A DNA stretch of 64,000 nt from Azospira sp. (GTDB lineage: Bacteria; Pseudomonadota; Gammaproteobacteria; Burkholderiales; Rhodocyclaceae), in assembly GCA_035255085.1 (NCBI GenBank), contig DATEZY010000093.1:15183-79182 (forward strand), in the 5' to 3' direction. Shown piece by piece: positions 28,193-37,892 of the stretch. A program made the position numbers and the translations under genes. Under the pieces are notes generated by a model. That model searched no databases. It was not told the DNA's origin and saw only the letters and a list, made by a program, of their open reading frames with translations. Within the stretch, counting starts at the first letter, position 1. The number at the start of each line of letters is the position of its first letter.

Positions 28193-30598
28193 ATGGCACT
28201 GCAGATCGGACGTTTCGAAATCCGGCGGGAATTGGGTAGAGGCGCCCAAAGTATCGTTTACCTGGCTTATGATCCACAGCTGCAGCGTGAGATCGCCATC
28301 AAAACCTTGCATTTTTCCCACCCGGACGCCAAGCAGAATCAGGCGCTGCTGGCGGAGGCGCGCACGGTCAGCCAGTTGCGCCATGCCAATATCGTGCCGA
28401 TTTTCGAGGCAAACGAAGAGGACGGGGATCTTTACCTCGTTTTTGAATATGTTCCCGGCAAGAGCCTGGCCCAGCATCTGAAGGATGCCGGCCCCTTGTC
28501 ACCAGTGCGGGCCATCACCCTGATGCGTTCGGTGCTGGATGCCATGGCCTGTGCCCATGAAAACGGGATCATCCACCGGGACTTGAAGCCCTCCAATATT
28601 CTCCTGGACGAAGACGGTATTCCCCAGGTCATGGATTTCGGCATTGCCGCCCGGGTTGAGGCAGAGCAGCACGGTGGGGAGGGTTTTACCGGTACGCCCG
28701 CCTACATGGCGCCAGAGTACATCAGCCACCACGTCGTCGATGCCCGGGCCGATATTTTTGCTGCCGGCCTGGTCTTGTTCGAAATGCTGACCGGCCGTCG
28801 GGCGGTCCAGGGCAATGACGTGTACCAGGTGATGCGCCGCATCGTCGACGAGGATGTCCGCCTGCCGGCGGATGTGACCCTGGATGAGCGCATCGTTGAT
28901 ATCCTCTATAAAGCCACCGCCCGGCTCCCGGAGAAACGCTATGAAAGCGTCGCCCAGTTCCGCCAGGCCCTGGATGCCTACCTGGAGCCGGAAGAGGAGG
29001 GGGGCGACAAGAGCGGGGGCGGCAAGCAGAGCACCCTGGAGTTTCTCCTGCGCCGCATGCGGCACAAGAGCGACTTTCCCGCCCTGTCCGAGTCGGTTAG
29101 CGCCATCAACAAGATCGCCACCTCGGAAACGGAAAGTATCGCCCGCTTATCCACCACCATCCTCAAGGACTTCGCCCTTACCAACAAAATTCTGCGCCTG
29201 GTGAATTCCGCCTATTACCGGCAGGCAGGGGGCGGCAATATCAGCACCGTTTCCCGGGCGGTGATTGTGCTCGGCTTCGATGCGGTGCGCAATATCGCGA
29301 TTACCGTCCTGCTCTTCGAACATTTGCAGAACAAGAGCAATGCCGCCCAGTTGAAGGACGAGTTCCTGCGGGCCAACCTGGCCGGCATTCTGGCCAAGGA
29401 CATCGGCGCCAAGATATCGGCCCGGGATGTGGAACAGGCCTTTATCTGTTCCATGTTCCACAACCTGGGGCGCTTGTTGTGCCAGTACTACTTCCCCGAG
29501 GAAAGCGAGGAAGTGAAGCGGATCATGGCCCAGAAGGAGGTCTCGGAGGAGAGCGCTTCGCTCCAGGTCCTGGGCATGTCCTACGAGGACCTGGGCATTG
29601 GCGTTGCCCGCACCTGGGGTTTCCCCAACTTGATCGTCAATAGCATGCGCAAGCTGCCGGCGGGTAATGTGCGGGTCCCCAACACGCCGGAGGAGAAGTT
29701 GCGGGTGATCTCGGCCTTTTCTAACGAGTTGTGCACTGTCATTGCCCAGGCCACGCAGGAAGAGCGAGCCCGGGAGCTCAAAAAGGTGACCGCCCGCTTT
29801 GGCGCCAGTGTTCGACTAGAGGAGCGGGAACTGCGCGACACCATCGACGGCTCCATCGTTCAGGTGAAGGAATTCGCCAGCATCATTCGCCTCAATCTGC
29901 AGCAGACCCCCTTCGGTCGCCAATTGCGGGTCTGGGCGGGGGATCGGGCAGGAGCTGGAGAGTCCGGTGAATTCGGCGAAGGCGGCACCCAGTCCAGCCT
30001 GGACGGCACCATGCTGGTGGAGCGACCGGATTCCGGTCTGCCCCCCGAAACCGGCGTGGCCGAGGGCGAAGCCCCGGATTCTGCCACAGCCCAGGCCATC
30101 CTCACCTCCGGCATTCAGGACATCAGCAATACCCTGGTGGAGGATTACAAACTTAACGATATCCTGCGCATCATCCTGGAAACCATGTACCGGGCTATGG
30201 GCTTCAAGCGGGTCGTGCTGTGCATCAAGGACGCCCGTGGCAACGCCATGCAGGGGCGCATCGGTTACGGCCCGGATGCGGCGGAGCTCGCCCAGCATTT
30301 CCGCTTTCCCCTGAGCTTTACCCCGGATATTTTCCACGCTGCCATTTCCAAGGGGGTGGATATCCTGATCAGCGACACCAACGACGCCAAGATCAAGGCC
30401 CGCATCCCGGATTGGTTCCGCAAATCCATCAGCTCGGAAACCTTTGTTCTTTTCCCCCTGACCATCAAGGGCAATCCGGTCGCCATGATTTATGCGGACA
30501 AGGACAAGGCCGGCGATATTGTCATTCCGGAAAAGGAGCTGTCCCTGCTGCGCACCCTGCGCAACCAGGCTCTGTTGGCAATCAAGCAGGCCGCCTGA
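28193..30598 (+). CDS. Hanks-type Ser/Thr protein kinase fused to HDOD and a C-terminal GAF-like region
   Basis: LGRGAQS.VY, IAIK, HRDLKPSN, DFG, GTPAYMAPE; HDOD (DFPAL, LTNKILRLVNSAYY, MFHNLG); no obvious TM. Confidence 0.9.
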   Translation: MALQIGRFEIRRELGRGAQSIVYLAYDPQLQREIAIKTLHFSHPDAKQNQALLAEARTVSQLRHANIVPIFEANEEDGDLYLVFEYVPGKSLAQHLKDAGPLSPVRAITLMRSVLDAMACAHENGIIHRDLKPSNILLDEDGIPQVMDFGIAARVEAEQHGGEGFTGTPAYMAPEYISHHVVDARADIFAAGLVLFEMLTGRRAVQGNDVYQVMRRIVDEDVRLPADVTLDERIVDILYKATARLPEKRYESVAQFRQALDAYLEPEEEGGDKSGGGKQSTLEFLLRRMRHKSDFPALSESVSAINKIATSETESIARLSTTILKDFALTNKILRLVNSAYYRQAGGGNISTVSRAVIVLGFDAVRNIAITVLLFEHLQNKSNAAQLKDEFLRANLAGILAKDIGAKISARDVEQAFICSMFHNLGRLLCQYYFPEESEEVKRIMAQKEVSEESASLQVLGMSYEDLGIGVARTWGFPNLIVNSMRKLPAGNVRVPNTPEEKLRVISAFSNELCTVIAQATQEERARELKKVTARFGASVRLEERELRDTIDGSIVQVKEFASIIRLNLQQTPFGRQLRVWAGDRAGAGESGEFGEGGTQSSLDGTMLVERPDSGLPPETGVAEGEAPDSATAQAILTSGIQDISNTLVEDYKLNDILRIILETMYRAMGFKRVVLCIKDARGNAMQGRIGYGPDAAELAQHFRFPLSFTPDIFHAAISKGVDILISDTNDAKIKARIPDWFRKSISSETFVLFPLTIKGNPVAMIYADKDKAGDIVIPEKELSLLRTLRNQALLAIKQAA

Positions 30599-30621
30599 TC
30601 CGCTTGAGGCCGTCGCCGTAC

Positions 30622-30661
30622 AAAGCAGAAGGGCCGGTCAGTGACCGGCCCTTCTGCTTTT
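30622..30661. terminator. Bidirectional intrinsic terminator
   Basis: aaagcagaagggccggtca-g-tgaccggcccttctgcttt perfect inverted repeat between convergent genes. Confidence 0.85.
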
Positions 30662-30673
30662 GGTGTTTGGTTC

Positions 30674-31474
30674 TTACCAGAGCTTCCACCAGGGTTCGGG
30701 CCGGTTCAGGCCGCGAGTGTAATAGACGCTGTTGGGGAAGTTCTGGCGCATTACCCGCTCGGCGTCGTTACGCAGGTCGGTCATGCCCAGTTCGTCGTAG
30801 GCCTTGACCATGATGAACAGGGCTTCCTCGATGGCCGGGGCATCCGGGTAGCTCTTGATGGCACTCTGGGCCCGGTTGGCGGCGGCTATGTAGGCACCGC
30901 GCTTCATGTAATAGCGGGCCACGTGCACCTCGTTGGCAGCCATGGCATTGACCAGGTACTTGAGGCGTTGGGTGGCATCCGGCGTGTATTTGCTGTCCGG
31001 GAAACGGGTGACCAGGGTCTTGAAGGCGTCAAAGGATTCCCGCATCCCCTTGGGGTCCCGCTCGGTCGGGTCCTGCATGCTGACGTGGGCCATCATCCCC
31101 TGGTCTTCGTTGAAGGTGACCAGGCCCTTCAGGTAATAGACGTAGTCCACGTTGGGATGGTCGGGGTGCAGCTTGATGAAGCGGTCGCAGGCGGCGATGG
31201 CGGAGGCACTTTCTCCGGACTTGAAGTAGGCATAGGCCACTTCAATCTGGGATTGCTGGGCGTAGCGACCGAAGGGGTAGCGGGACTCCAGCTTTTCGAA
31301 ATATTTGATGGCCTTGTCCCAGGAGCCTTCGCTGGCGGCGTCCTTGGCTTCGGTGTAAAGCTTGTTGGCAGACCAGCCCGCGGTTTCGTCCTTCACCTCG
31401 GGCAGCAGACCGCAACCGCTAAGGGAGGTAACAAGGATTGCGAAAAACAGGGCTAATGCCGGTACACTACGCAT
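30674..31474 (-). CDS. bamD: Outer membrane protein assembly factor BamD (lipoprotein)
   Basis: Lipobox LSGC; LESRYPFGRYAQQ, HPNVDYVYYLKGL, VARYYMKRGAY.AAANR. Confidence 0.95.
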   Translation of the reverse strand: MRSVPALALFFAILVTSLSGCGLLPEVKDETAGWSANKLYTEAKDAASEGSWDKAIKYFEKLESRYPFGRYAQQSQIEVAYAYFKSGESASAIAACDRFIKLHPDHPNVDYVYYLKGLVTFNEDQGMMAHVSMQDPTERDPKGMRESFDAFKTLVTRFPDSKYTPDATQRLKYLVNAMAANEVHVARYYMKRGAYIAAANRAQSAIKSYPDAPAIEEALFIMVKAYDELGMTDLRNDAERVMRQNFPNSVYYTRGLNRPEPWWKLW

Positions 31475-32711
31475 GATGGAAAGTCCAAAATCAATGGCGG
31501 CAAAAGAGGCCGCAAAAAAAACCGCAAAGAACGTGGCTAATCGTGCCGCAGACGGGGCAACCCACGCCGTGCCCGCTTTAGGCGAAGCGCATGGCGAAAA
31601 GAGTGCCGGGGATTATAGCGCAAACCCTTCCCTGGCCCTCTTGCTGCCACAGATTCCCGAATCTTATGGCAGTCAGCGCCTGGACCAGGTACTGGCCCAA
31701 CTCCTACCACAGCATTCCCGCAACCGCCTGCAATCCTGGATCAAGGAAGGACGGGTGATCCTGGACGGCCAGCCGGTGATCGAGCCCAAGCGCAAGGTGA
31801 AGGGCGGGGAGCGACTGGAGGTGGCTGCCGTTGCCGATCCCGAGGATACGTCCCAGGCGCCCGAGGATATTCCCTTCCCCATCGTCTATGAGGACGACAG
31901 CCTGCTGGTGATCGACAAGCCCGCCGGGCTGGTGGTGCACCCGGGCAGCGGAAACTGGAGCGGCACCTTGCTCAATGCCCTGCTGCACCATGCCCCGGCC
32001 CTGGCCCAGATTCCCCGGGCCGGTATTGTGCACCGGCTGGACAAGGATACCTCCGGCCTCCTGGTCGTCGCCAAGACCCTGGAAGCCCAGACCGATCTGG
32101 TGCGCCAGCTCCAGGCTCGCACCGTGAAGCGGGAATATCGGGCCCTGGTGGTGGGAATCGTGGATCACAACGGCACGGTGGATGCCCCCATTGGCCGTCA
32201 TCCGACCCAGCGCACCAAGATGGCGGTGGTGCAGCACAATGGCCGGGAAGCCCGCACCCATTACACCGTACTCGAGCATTTCGAGCGCTGCACTCTGGTG
32301 CAATGTCGCCTGGAAACCGGGCGGACCCACCAGATCCGGGTGCACATGGCTGCCTTGGGTCATCCTCTGGTGGGGGATGGGGTCTACAACCGGGGCCGCA
32401 CCGGTGGGGTCAAATTCCATCGCCAGGCACTGCACGCCTATCGCCTCGGCCTGATTCACCCGGTGACCCGGGAGGCCATGCAGTGGCAAGCCCCCTTGCC
32501 CGAGGACATGCTACAGCTGGTGAAGGGATTGCGTAGTGAATGGGCCGAACGCAAGGCCCTGCGCCGTCGGGAAATCGAAGAAGAGCAGGAAGATTACGAC
32601 GACTGGGATGAGGCGTATGAGGACGAAGAGGAGGGTGAATTCGAGTCGTTCGAGGTAGAGGCAGAGTTCGTCGAAGACGAAGACCTGGAAGATGACGACG
32701 AATCCGCTTGA
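31473..32711 (+). CDS. rluD: 23S rRNA pseudouridine synthase RluD, with N-terminal extension and acidic tail
   Basis: S4 domain RLDQ.LA, DKPAGLVVHP, HRLDKDTSG, LETGRTHQIRVH, RQALHA; start may be 31476. Confidence 0.93.
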   Translation: MMESPKSMAAKEAAKKTAKNVANRAADGATHAVPALGEAHGEKSAGDYSANPSLALLLPQIPESYGSQRLDQVLAQLLPQHSRNRLQSWIKEGRVILDGQPVIEPKRKVKGGERLEVAAVADPEDTSQAPEDIPFPIVYEDDSLLVIDKPAGLVVHPGSGNWSGTLLNALLHHAPALAQIPRAGIVHRLDKDTSGLLVVAKTLEAQTDLVRQLQARTVKREYRALVVGIVDHNGTVDAPIGRHPTQRTKMAVVQHNGREARTHYTVLEHFERCTLVQCRLETGRTHQIRVHMAALGHPLVGDGVYNRGRTGGVKFHRQALHAYRLGLIHPVTREAMQWQAPLPEDMLQLVKGLRSEWAERKALRRREIEEEQEDYDDWDEAYEDEEEGEFESFEVEAEFVEDEDLEDDDESA

Positions 32712-33441
32712 GTCCCTCGGCCTGATCCCCGAGTGGCCGGCGCCGGCCCGGGTGCAGGCTCTGCAAACCCTCCGCAACGGGGGAGTCAGTCCGGCCCCTT
32801 ATGACTCGCTCAATCTGGGCGATCACGTCGGCGACCTGCCGGAAAATGTCGCTGCCAACCGGGCCCGGGTCCGCTCCTGCCTGCCCGCCGAGCCGCGTTG
32901 GCTGCAGCAGGTCCACGGCGCCACCGTTGTGGATGGGGCAGGGCTGCTCCAGCCTGAGGCGGCAGACGGCGTTTATTCCCGCCAGGCGGATGTGGTTTGC
33001 GGGGTGATGACCGCCGATTGCCTGCCGGTGTTGTTCTGCGATGCCGCTGGCAGCGTGGTGGCAGCAGCCCACGCCGGGTGGCGGGGGTTGGCTGCCGGGG
33101 TGCTGGAAAATACCGTGGCGGCCATGGGTGTGCCGGCGGCGAACCTCATGGCTTGGCTGGGGCCGGCCATCGGGCCTCAAGCTTTCGAGGTCGGCGACGA
33201 GGTACGAGCTGCCTTTGTTGCTGCCGACAGTGCGGCCGCTGGCGCTTTTGTTTCCGGGCACCCGGGAAAATGGCTGGCGGATATCTACGCCCTGGCCAGG
33301 CTCCGGCTCCATGCCGGCGGTGTTGGCCAGATTTTCGGGGGTGGCTTTTGTACGGTCACTGACCGGGAACGTTTCTTTTCTTACCGGCGTGATGGTGTCA
33401 CCGGCCGTATGGCTACCCTGATCTGGCTGGCCCCGGATTAA
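32692..33441 (+). CDS. pgeF: PgeF/YfiH (peptidoglycan editing factor / purine nucleoside phosphorylase)
   Basis: SLNLGDHVGD, QVHG, TADCLPV, AHAGWRG, FFSYRRDGVTGRM. Confidence 0.93.
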   Translation: MTTNPLESLGLIPEWPAPARVQALQTLRNGGVSPAPYDSLNLGDHVGDLPENVAANRARVRSCLPAEPRWLQQVHGATVVDGAGLLQPEAADGVYSRQADVVCGVMTADCLPVLFCDAAGSVVAAAHAGWRGLAAGVLENTVAAMGVPAANLMAWLGPAIGPQAFEVGDEVRAAFVAADSAAAGAFVSGHPGKWLADIYALARLRLHAGGVGQIFGGGFCTVTDRERFFSYRRDGVTGRMATLIWLAPD

Positions 33442-33558
33442 GCTACGGACGCATCCAGCCTCGAGTCCCGCGTTGGGGATTGGCCCGGACTTGCCTGAAG
33501 GTGTTCGCCGGACGATGCCCGGATTTCAGCGATAGTCCGTAACTGCACAGGACCCGCA

Positions 33559-34581
33559 ATGCATAGAAAATTTCTCCCCACTTTTGCCCTGATGCTTGGG
33601 CTGCTCTGGGCAGCCGCCGTGCAGGCCGGAGGCTATAAAGCCGAATACAGGCTTTCCACCGTGTTGGGCCCGGCTTTCCCCTGGGGTAAGGCCGGGGAGC
33701 GTTGGGCGGAACTGGTGCGGCAGAAGACCGACGGCCGGATCAAGATTCGGGTCTACCCGGGGGCCAGCCTGGTTGGCGGCGATCAGACCCGGGAATTTGC
33801 ATCCCTGCGCGACGGCATTATCGACCTGGCCATCGGCTCCTCCATCAACTGGTCACCCCAGGTCAAACAGCTCAACCTGTTTTCCCTGCCCTTCCTCATT
33901 CCCGATGACAAAGCCCTGGATGCCGTGCTCAAGGGAGAAGTAGGGCGCGAGATTTTTTCCCTCCTGGAGCAGCAGGGGGTGGTGCCCCTGGCCTTCGGTG
34001 AAAACGGATTCCGGGAGCTATCCAACTCCCGGCAGGCGGTCAAGGCTCCCGGGGATCTCAAAGGCATGAAAATCCGGGTGGTCGGTTCGCCGATCTTTGT
34101 CGATGCCTTTGCCGCATTGGGGGCGACGCCGGTGCAGATCGGCTGGGCCGATGCCCAGTCGGCGTTGGTAACCAAGGCCGTGGATGGCCAGGAAAATCCC
34201 GTTCCCGTCTTCAATGCGGCCAAGCTTTATTCCCTGGGCCAGAATCACCTCACCTTGTGGGGCTATATGACCGACCCGTTGATCTTTGTCGTCAATCGGC
34301 AGGTTTGGGCCGGATGGAGCGACTCCGATCGCCAGGCGGTGCGGGAGGCGGCAGAACAGGCGGCAGCAGAGAACCTGATGCTGGCTCGCCGGGGCTTGCC
34401 GCCGGGTGAGGCGTCCCTGCTACGGGAACTTGAGAAGCAGGGGGTGGTGGTCACCCGGCTGACGCCGGAGCAGCGACAGGCGTTCAAGGCTGCTACCCGG
34501 GCGGTATTCGACAAGTGGTCCGCCACCGTCGGCAAGGACCTGGTGCGCAAAGCGGAGGCGGCTATCGCCGGTGCCAGGTAA
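33559..34581 (+). CDS. TRAP transporter substrate-binding protein (DctP family)
   Basis: Signal peptide; GENGFRE, DLKGMKIRV, VDGQENP; no dctQM nearby. Confidence 0.9.
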   Translation: MHRKFLPTFALMLGLLWAAAVQAGGYKAEYRLSTVLGPAFPWGKAGERWAELVRQKTDGRIKIRVYPGASLVGGDQTREFASLRDGIIDLAIGSSINWSPQVKQLNLFSLPFLIPDDKALDAVLKGEVGREIFSLLEQQGVVPLAFGENGFRELSNSRQAVKAPGDLKGMKIRVVGSPIFVDAFAALGATPVQIGWADAQSALVTKAVDGQENPVPVFNAAKLYSLGQNHLTLWGYMTDPLIFVVNRQVWAGWSDSDRQAVREAAEQAAAENLMLARRGLPPGEASLLRELEKQGVVVTRLTPEQRQAFKAATRAVFDKWSATVGKDLVRKAEAAIAGAR

Positions 34582-34658
34582 GGGGCTGGGGGCTGGCCGC
34601 TTTTCCGGAGTAATTCCTTGCCCGGTGCTTTCGTCCGTCGATGGCGGGTGGCGAAGCG

Positions 34659-34664
34659 TATAAT
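34659..34664 (+). promoter_or_regulatory. Consensus -10 (TATAAT) upstream of ZIP transporter
   Basis: tataat 24 bp upstream of the ATG at 34689. Confidence 0.5.
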
Positions 34665-34688
34665 GCGCCGTTTTTGCCCGGTCTTCCC

Positions 34689-35465
34689 ATGACCACTCTC
34701 GGCTGGATCATTCTCGTCAGCATTCTCGGCGGCGCCCTCAGCGTTGTCGCCGCTGGACTGGTGGCTTTTTCCCTCAGCGCCGGCAGCGTCTCCCTGCTCA
34801 TTTCCTATGCCATCGGCGCCCTGCTCGGGGCGGTGTTCCTGGAAATTCTGCCCCACGCCCTGGAGCACGGGAACCCCCACACCATGGCAGCCACCATCCT
34901 GGGCGGCATCCTGGCCTTTTTCGTCCTGGAAAAGCTGGTCCTTTGGCGCCACTGCCACGATCACCACTGCGAAGCCCACGATGCCCATCCGCCGGCCCAT
35001 GACCACGGCCGCTCCGGCCTGATGATCCTGATTGGTGACACCTTCCATAATTTCGTGGACGGGGTTTTGATTGCGGCGGCTTTTGTTGAAGATACCCAGC
35101 TGGGTATCGTTACCGCCCTGGCCATCATTGCCCACGAAATTCCCCAGGAATTGGGCGATTTCCTGGTCCTGCTCCACTCCGGCTATACCCGTAGCCGGGC
35201 CATGGCCTTCAACCTGCTGTCCAGCGTGGCCACCCTGATCGGCGGTTTGCTCGCTTACTTCGCCTTGTCCTCCCTGCAATCCTGGGTGCCGTACCTCCTT
35301 GGGCTGGCAGCGGCAAGCATGATCTACGTGGCGGTGGCCGATCTCATCCCCGGCCTGCACAAGCGCCCGGAACTCAAGGCTACCCTGCACCAGGTATTGC
35401 TGATCGGACTGGGTATTTCTTCCATTTGGCTGGCCCGGGAACTGATCGCCGGTCACGGCGGCTGA
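34689..35465 (+). CDS. ZIP-family metal transporter
   Basis: His-rich loop HCHDHHCEAHDAHPPAHDH; HNFVDG and HEIPQELGD metal motifs. Confidence 0.92.
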   Translation: MTTLGWIILVSILGGALSVVAAGLVAFSLSAGSVSLLISYAIGALLGAVFLEILPHALEHGNPHTMAATILGGILAFFVLEKLVLWRHCHDHHCEAHDAHPPAHDHGRSGLMILIGDTFHNFVDGVLIAAAFVEDTQLGIVTALAIIAHEIPQELGDFLVLLHSGYTRSRAMAFNLLSSVATLIGGLLAYFALSSLQSWVPYLLGLAAASMIYVAVADLIPGLHKRPELKATLHQVLLIGLGISSIWLARELIAGHGG

Positions 35466-35480
35466 GGCTGCTGCCAGGAT

Positions 35481-35504
35481 CTTCCTGCCGGCCCCGGCAG
35501 GAAG
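35481..35504. terminator. Hairpin between convergent genes
   Basis: cttcctgccg...cggcaggaag inverted repeat; no clear U-tract. Confidence 0.4.
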
Positions 35505-35594
35505 TGGGCGGTGTTGCCCGCTCTTGGGGGGGGGGCAGTATTGCTATCGCCTGAAGTCAGGCGTCCCTACCCGTGCTACTACCCGAATACGCGC

Positions 35595-35828
35595 TTATTC
35601 GTTTCCACCTTTTTCAGCGTTCGCCGCCATGGCTGCGATAGCTGAGGCTTCCCTGAAGCGTTGGCGTTGCCTGCGGATCTTCACCACGATCAGCCAAGCG
35701 GGAAAGATGCAGGGGGCTAGTCCATAGAACACGAAGGACATGACTCCTGCCACTATGGTCGGCTCGCTTAGCGCCATGAGCGTAGTCACGTAGAGCCAGC
35801 CGATGATGATGATCAAGAGGATAGACAT
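35595..35828 (-). CDS. Small two-TM hypothetical membrane protein
   Basis: 77 aa; IIIIIGWLYVTTLMA..E and FVFYGLAP; TATAAT 6 nt upstream of ATG. Confidence 0.7.
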   Translation of the reverse strand: MSILLIIIIGWLYVTTLMALSEPTIVAGVMSFVFYGLAPCIFPAWLIVVKIRRQRQRFREASAIAAMAANAEKGGNE

Positions 35829-36059
35829 GGGGCGATTATAGTCTCTGATAGGGGCTCACCTGGAGGTCCTTTGAATATCGGGGGGTGACCCCTTTGCGCT
35901 CCCAAGGCTTCCCGTCTTTGCTGCACCACCGCAACTTGTATTCACGAGTCATTGACAGCCCCGAAGGGGCCAATGCAGAATCGTTCAATGCCTCTCCCTG
36001 CCGCGGCATCCCACTCTTGCCGGATGCCGTGTTCCTCCCCGTCTGGAGCACTAACACCG

Positions 36060-37799
36060 ATGGTCAGTCTGCCGGAAAACCTTCTTCCCGCCATGCAGAA
36101 TTTTGTCTCCGCCGGCCAAGCCTTGGCGCAGAACTTCTTTGGCTTCCTGGCCGCCCAGCAGCCCCCCGGCGGAGCCAAGCTGCCGCCGGCCCCAGTGTTG
36201 CCCATGCCCAAGCCGGAAGACCTGGCTGCCCTGCAGCAGGCTTATCTGCAGCAACAATCGGCCCTGTGGGGTGCCATGCTGGCGCGGAGCAAGGGTGAAA
36301 CGCCGGAATTCAGCGTCGAGGCCGAGCCTGGCGACCGCCGTTTCAATGCGCCGGAATGGACCGAGAGTCCGGTCTTCGATTACCTGCGTCAGTCCTATCT
36401 GTTGAACTCCCGCTTCCTCCGGGAATTGGTGGAAGCCGTGCCGGCGGAGGACGAAAAAGCCAAGAACCGCCTGCGCTTCCTGGCGCGTCAGTACATCGAT
36501 GCCTTGTCTCCGGCGAACTATGCCGCCACCAATCCGGAATTCATCAAGCTGGCGGTGGAAACCAAGGGCAAGAGCATCACCACCGGTATCGAGAATCTCA
36601 TCGGCGACATGGAAAAAGGCCGTATTTCCATGACCGACGAGAGCGTCTTCGAAATTGGCAAGAACATCGCTACCAGCGCCGGGACGGTGATTTTCGAAAA
36701 CGAACTAATTCAGCTGATTCAGTACGCGCCCCTGACGCCAAAAGTGGCCAAGCGCCCCCTGCTGATTGTCCCGCCCTGCATCAACAAGTTCTACATCCTC
36801 GATTTGCAGCCCGAGAATTCCCTGGTGCGTTACGCGGTGGAGCAGGGCAATACGGTATTCCTGGTTTCCTGGCGCAACCCCAAGGCCGATCTGGCTAAGG
36901 CCACCTGGGAGGATTATCTGGAGAAGGGCGCCATCGCTGCCATCGAAGCAACCCGGGCGGTGTGCAAGGTGGATCAGATCAATGCCCTGGGCTTTTGCGT
37001 CGGCGGCACCATTCTTTCCAGCGCCCTGGCGGTGCTGGCCGGACGAGGTGAGGACCCCGTCGCCAGCCTGACCCTGCTCACCACCCTGCTGGATTTTTCC
37101 GATACTGGAGAAATCGGCCTGCTCATCGACGAGAATTTCCTGGCCCTCAAAGAGAGCCAGATCGGCCAGGGAGGGTTGCTTGCCGCCAAGGAACTGGCCA
37201 GCACTTTCTCCGCTCTGCGCGCCAATGATCTGGTGTGGAACTACGTCGCCAACAACTACCTCAAGGGCAAGAAGCCGGACGCCTTTGATCTGCTCTACTG
37301 GAATTCGGATAGCACCAATCTGCCGGGCCCCTTTGCCTGCTGGTACATGCGTAACCTCTACCACCACAACAGCCTGCGCATTCCGGGCAAGCTGGAAATG
37401 TGCGGCGTCCGCGTAGACCTAGGGCGGGTCGAGGCACCGAGCTACATCCTGGCGGCCCGGGAAGATCATATCGTGCCGTGGCAGACCGCCTACCAATCCA
37501 CCCGTCTCCTGGGGGGGGATTCCCGATTTGTCCTGGGCGCCAGCGGCCACATCGCAGGGGTTGTAAACCCGGCGTCAAAAAACAAGCGTAGCTTCTGGGC
37601 CAATGGCGACCTGAAGGTGGATGCCGATGCCTGGTTGGCCGGGGCTGAGGAACACAAGGGGAGCTGGTGGAACGACTGGAGCGGCTGGCTCAAGCAGTAT
37701 GCCGGCGGCGAGGTGGCGGCCCGGGCCAAGCCGGGCAATGCCCGCTACAAGGCCATCGAGCCTGCCCCGGGGCGCTATGTGAAGGAAAAAGCCGTTTAA
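36060..37799 (+). CDS. phaC: Class I polyhydroxyalkanoate synthase
   Basis: PPCINKFYILDLQP, lipase box GFCVGG, DLLYWNSD, EDHIVPW, SGHIAG; start set after GGAG at 36045. Confidence 0.95.
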   Translation: MVSLPENLLPAMQNFVSAGQALAQNFFGFLAAQQPPGGAKLPPAPVLPMPKPEDLAALQQAYLQQQSALWGAMLARSKGETPEFSVEAEPGDRRFNAPEWTESPVFDYLRQSYLLNSRFLRELVEAVPAEDEKAKNRLRFLARQYIDALSPANYAATNPEFIKLAVETKGKSITTGIENLIGDMEKGRISMTDESVFEIGKNIATSAGTVIFENELIQLIQYAPLTPKVAKRPLLIVPPCINKFYILDLQPENSLVRYAVEQGNTVFLVSWRNPKADLAKATWEDYLEKGAIAAIEATRAVCKVDQINALGFCVGGTILSSALAVLAGRGEDPVASLTLLTTLLDFSDTGEIGLLIDENFLALKESQIGQGGLLAAKELASTFSALRANDLVWNYVANNYLKGKKPDAFDLLYWNSDSTNLPGPFACWYMRNLYHHNSLRIPGKLEMCGVRVDLGRVEAPSYILAAREDHIVPWQTAYQSTRLLGGDSRFVLGASGHIAGVVNPASKNKRSFWANGDLKVDADAWLAGAEEHKGSWWNDWSGWLKQYAGGEVAARAKPGNARYKAIEPAPGRYVKEKAV

Positions 37800-37892
37800 T
37801 CGGGTAATGCAGCACCGGATACCAAGCGAGGCGAGGGGAAGGGGCTCCCGTCACGAAAATTTTCTACCCCAAACAACAAGGAAGGATGAGCT

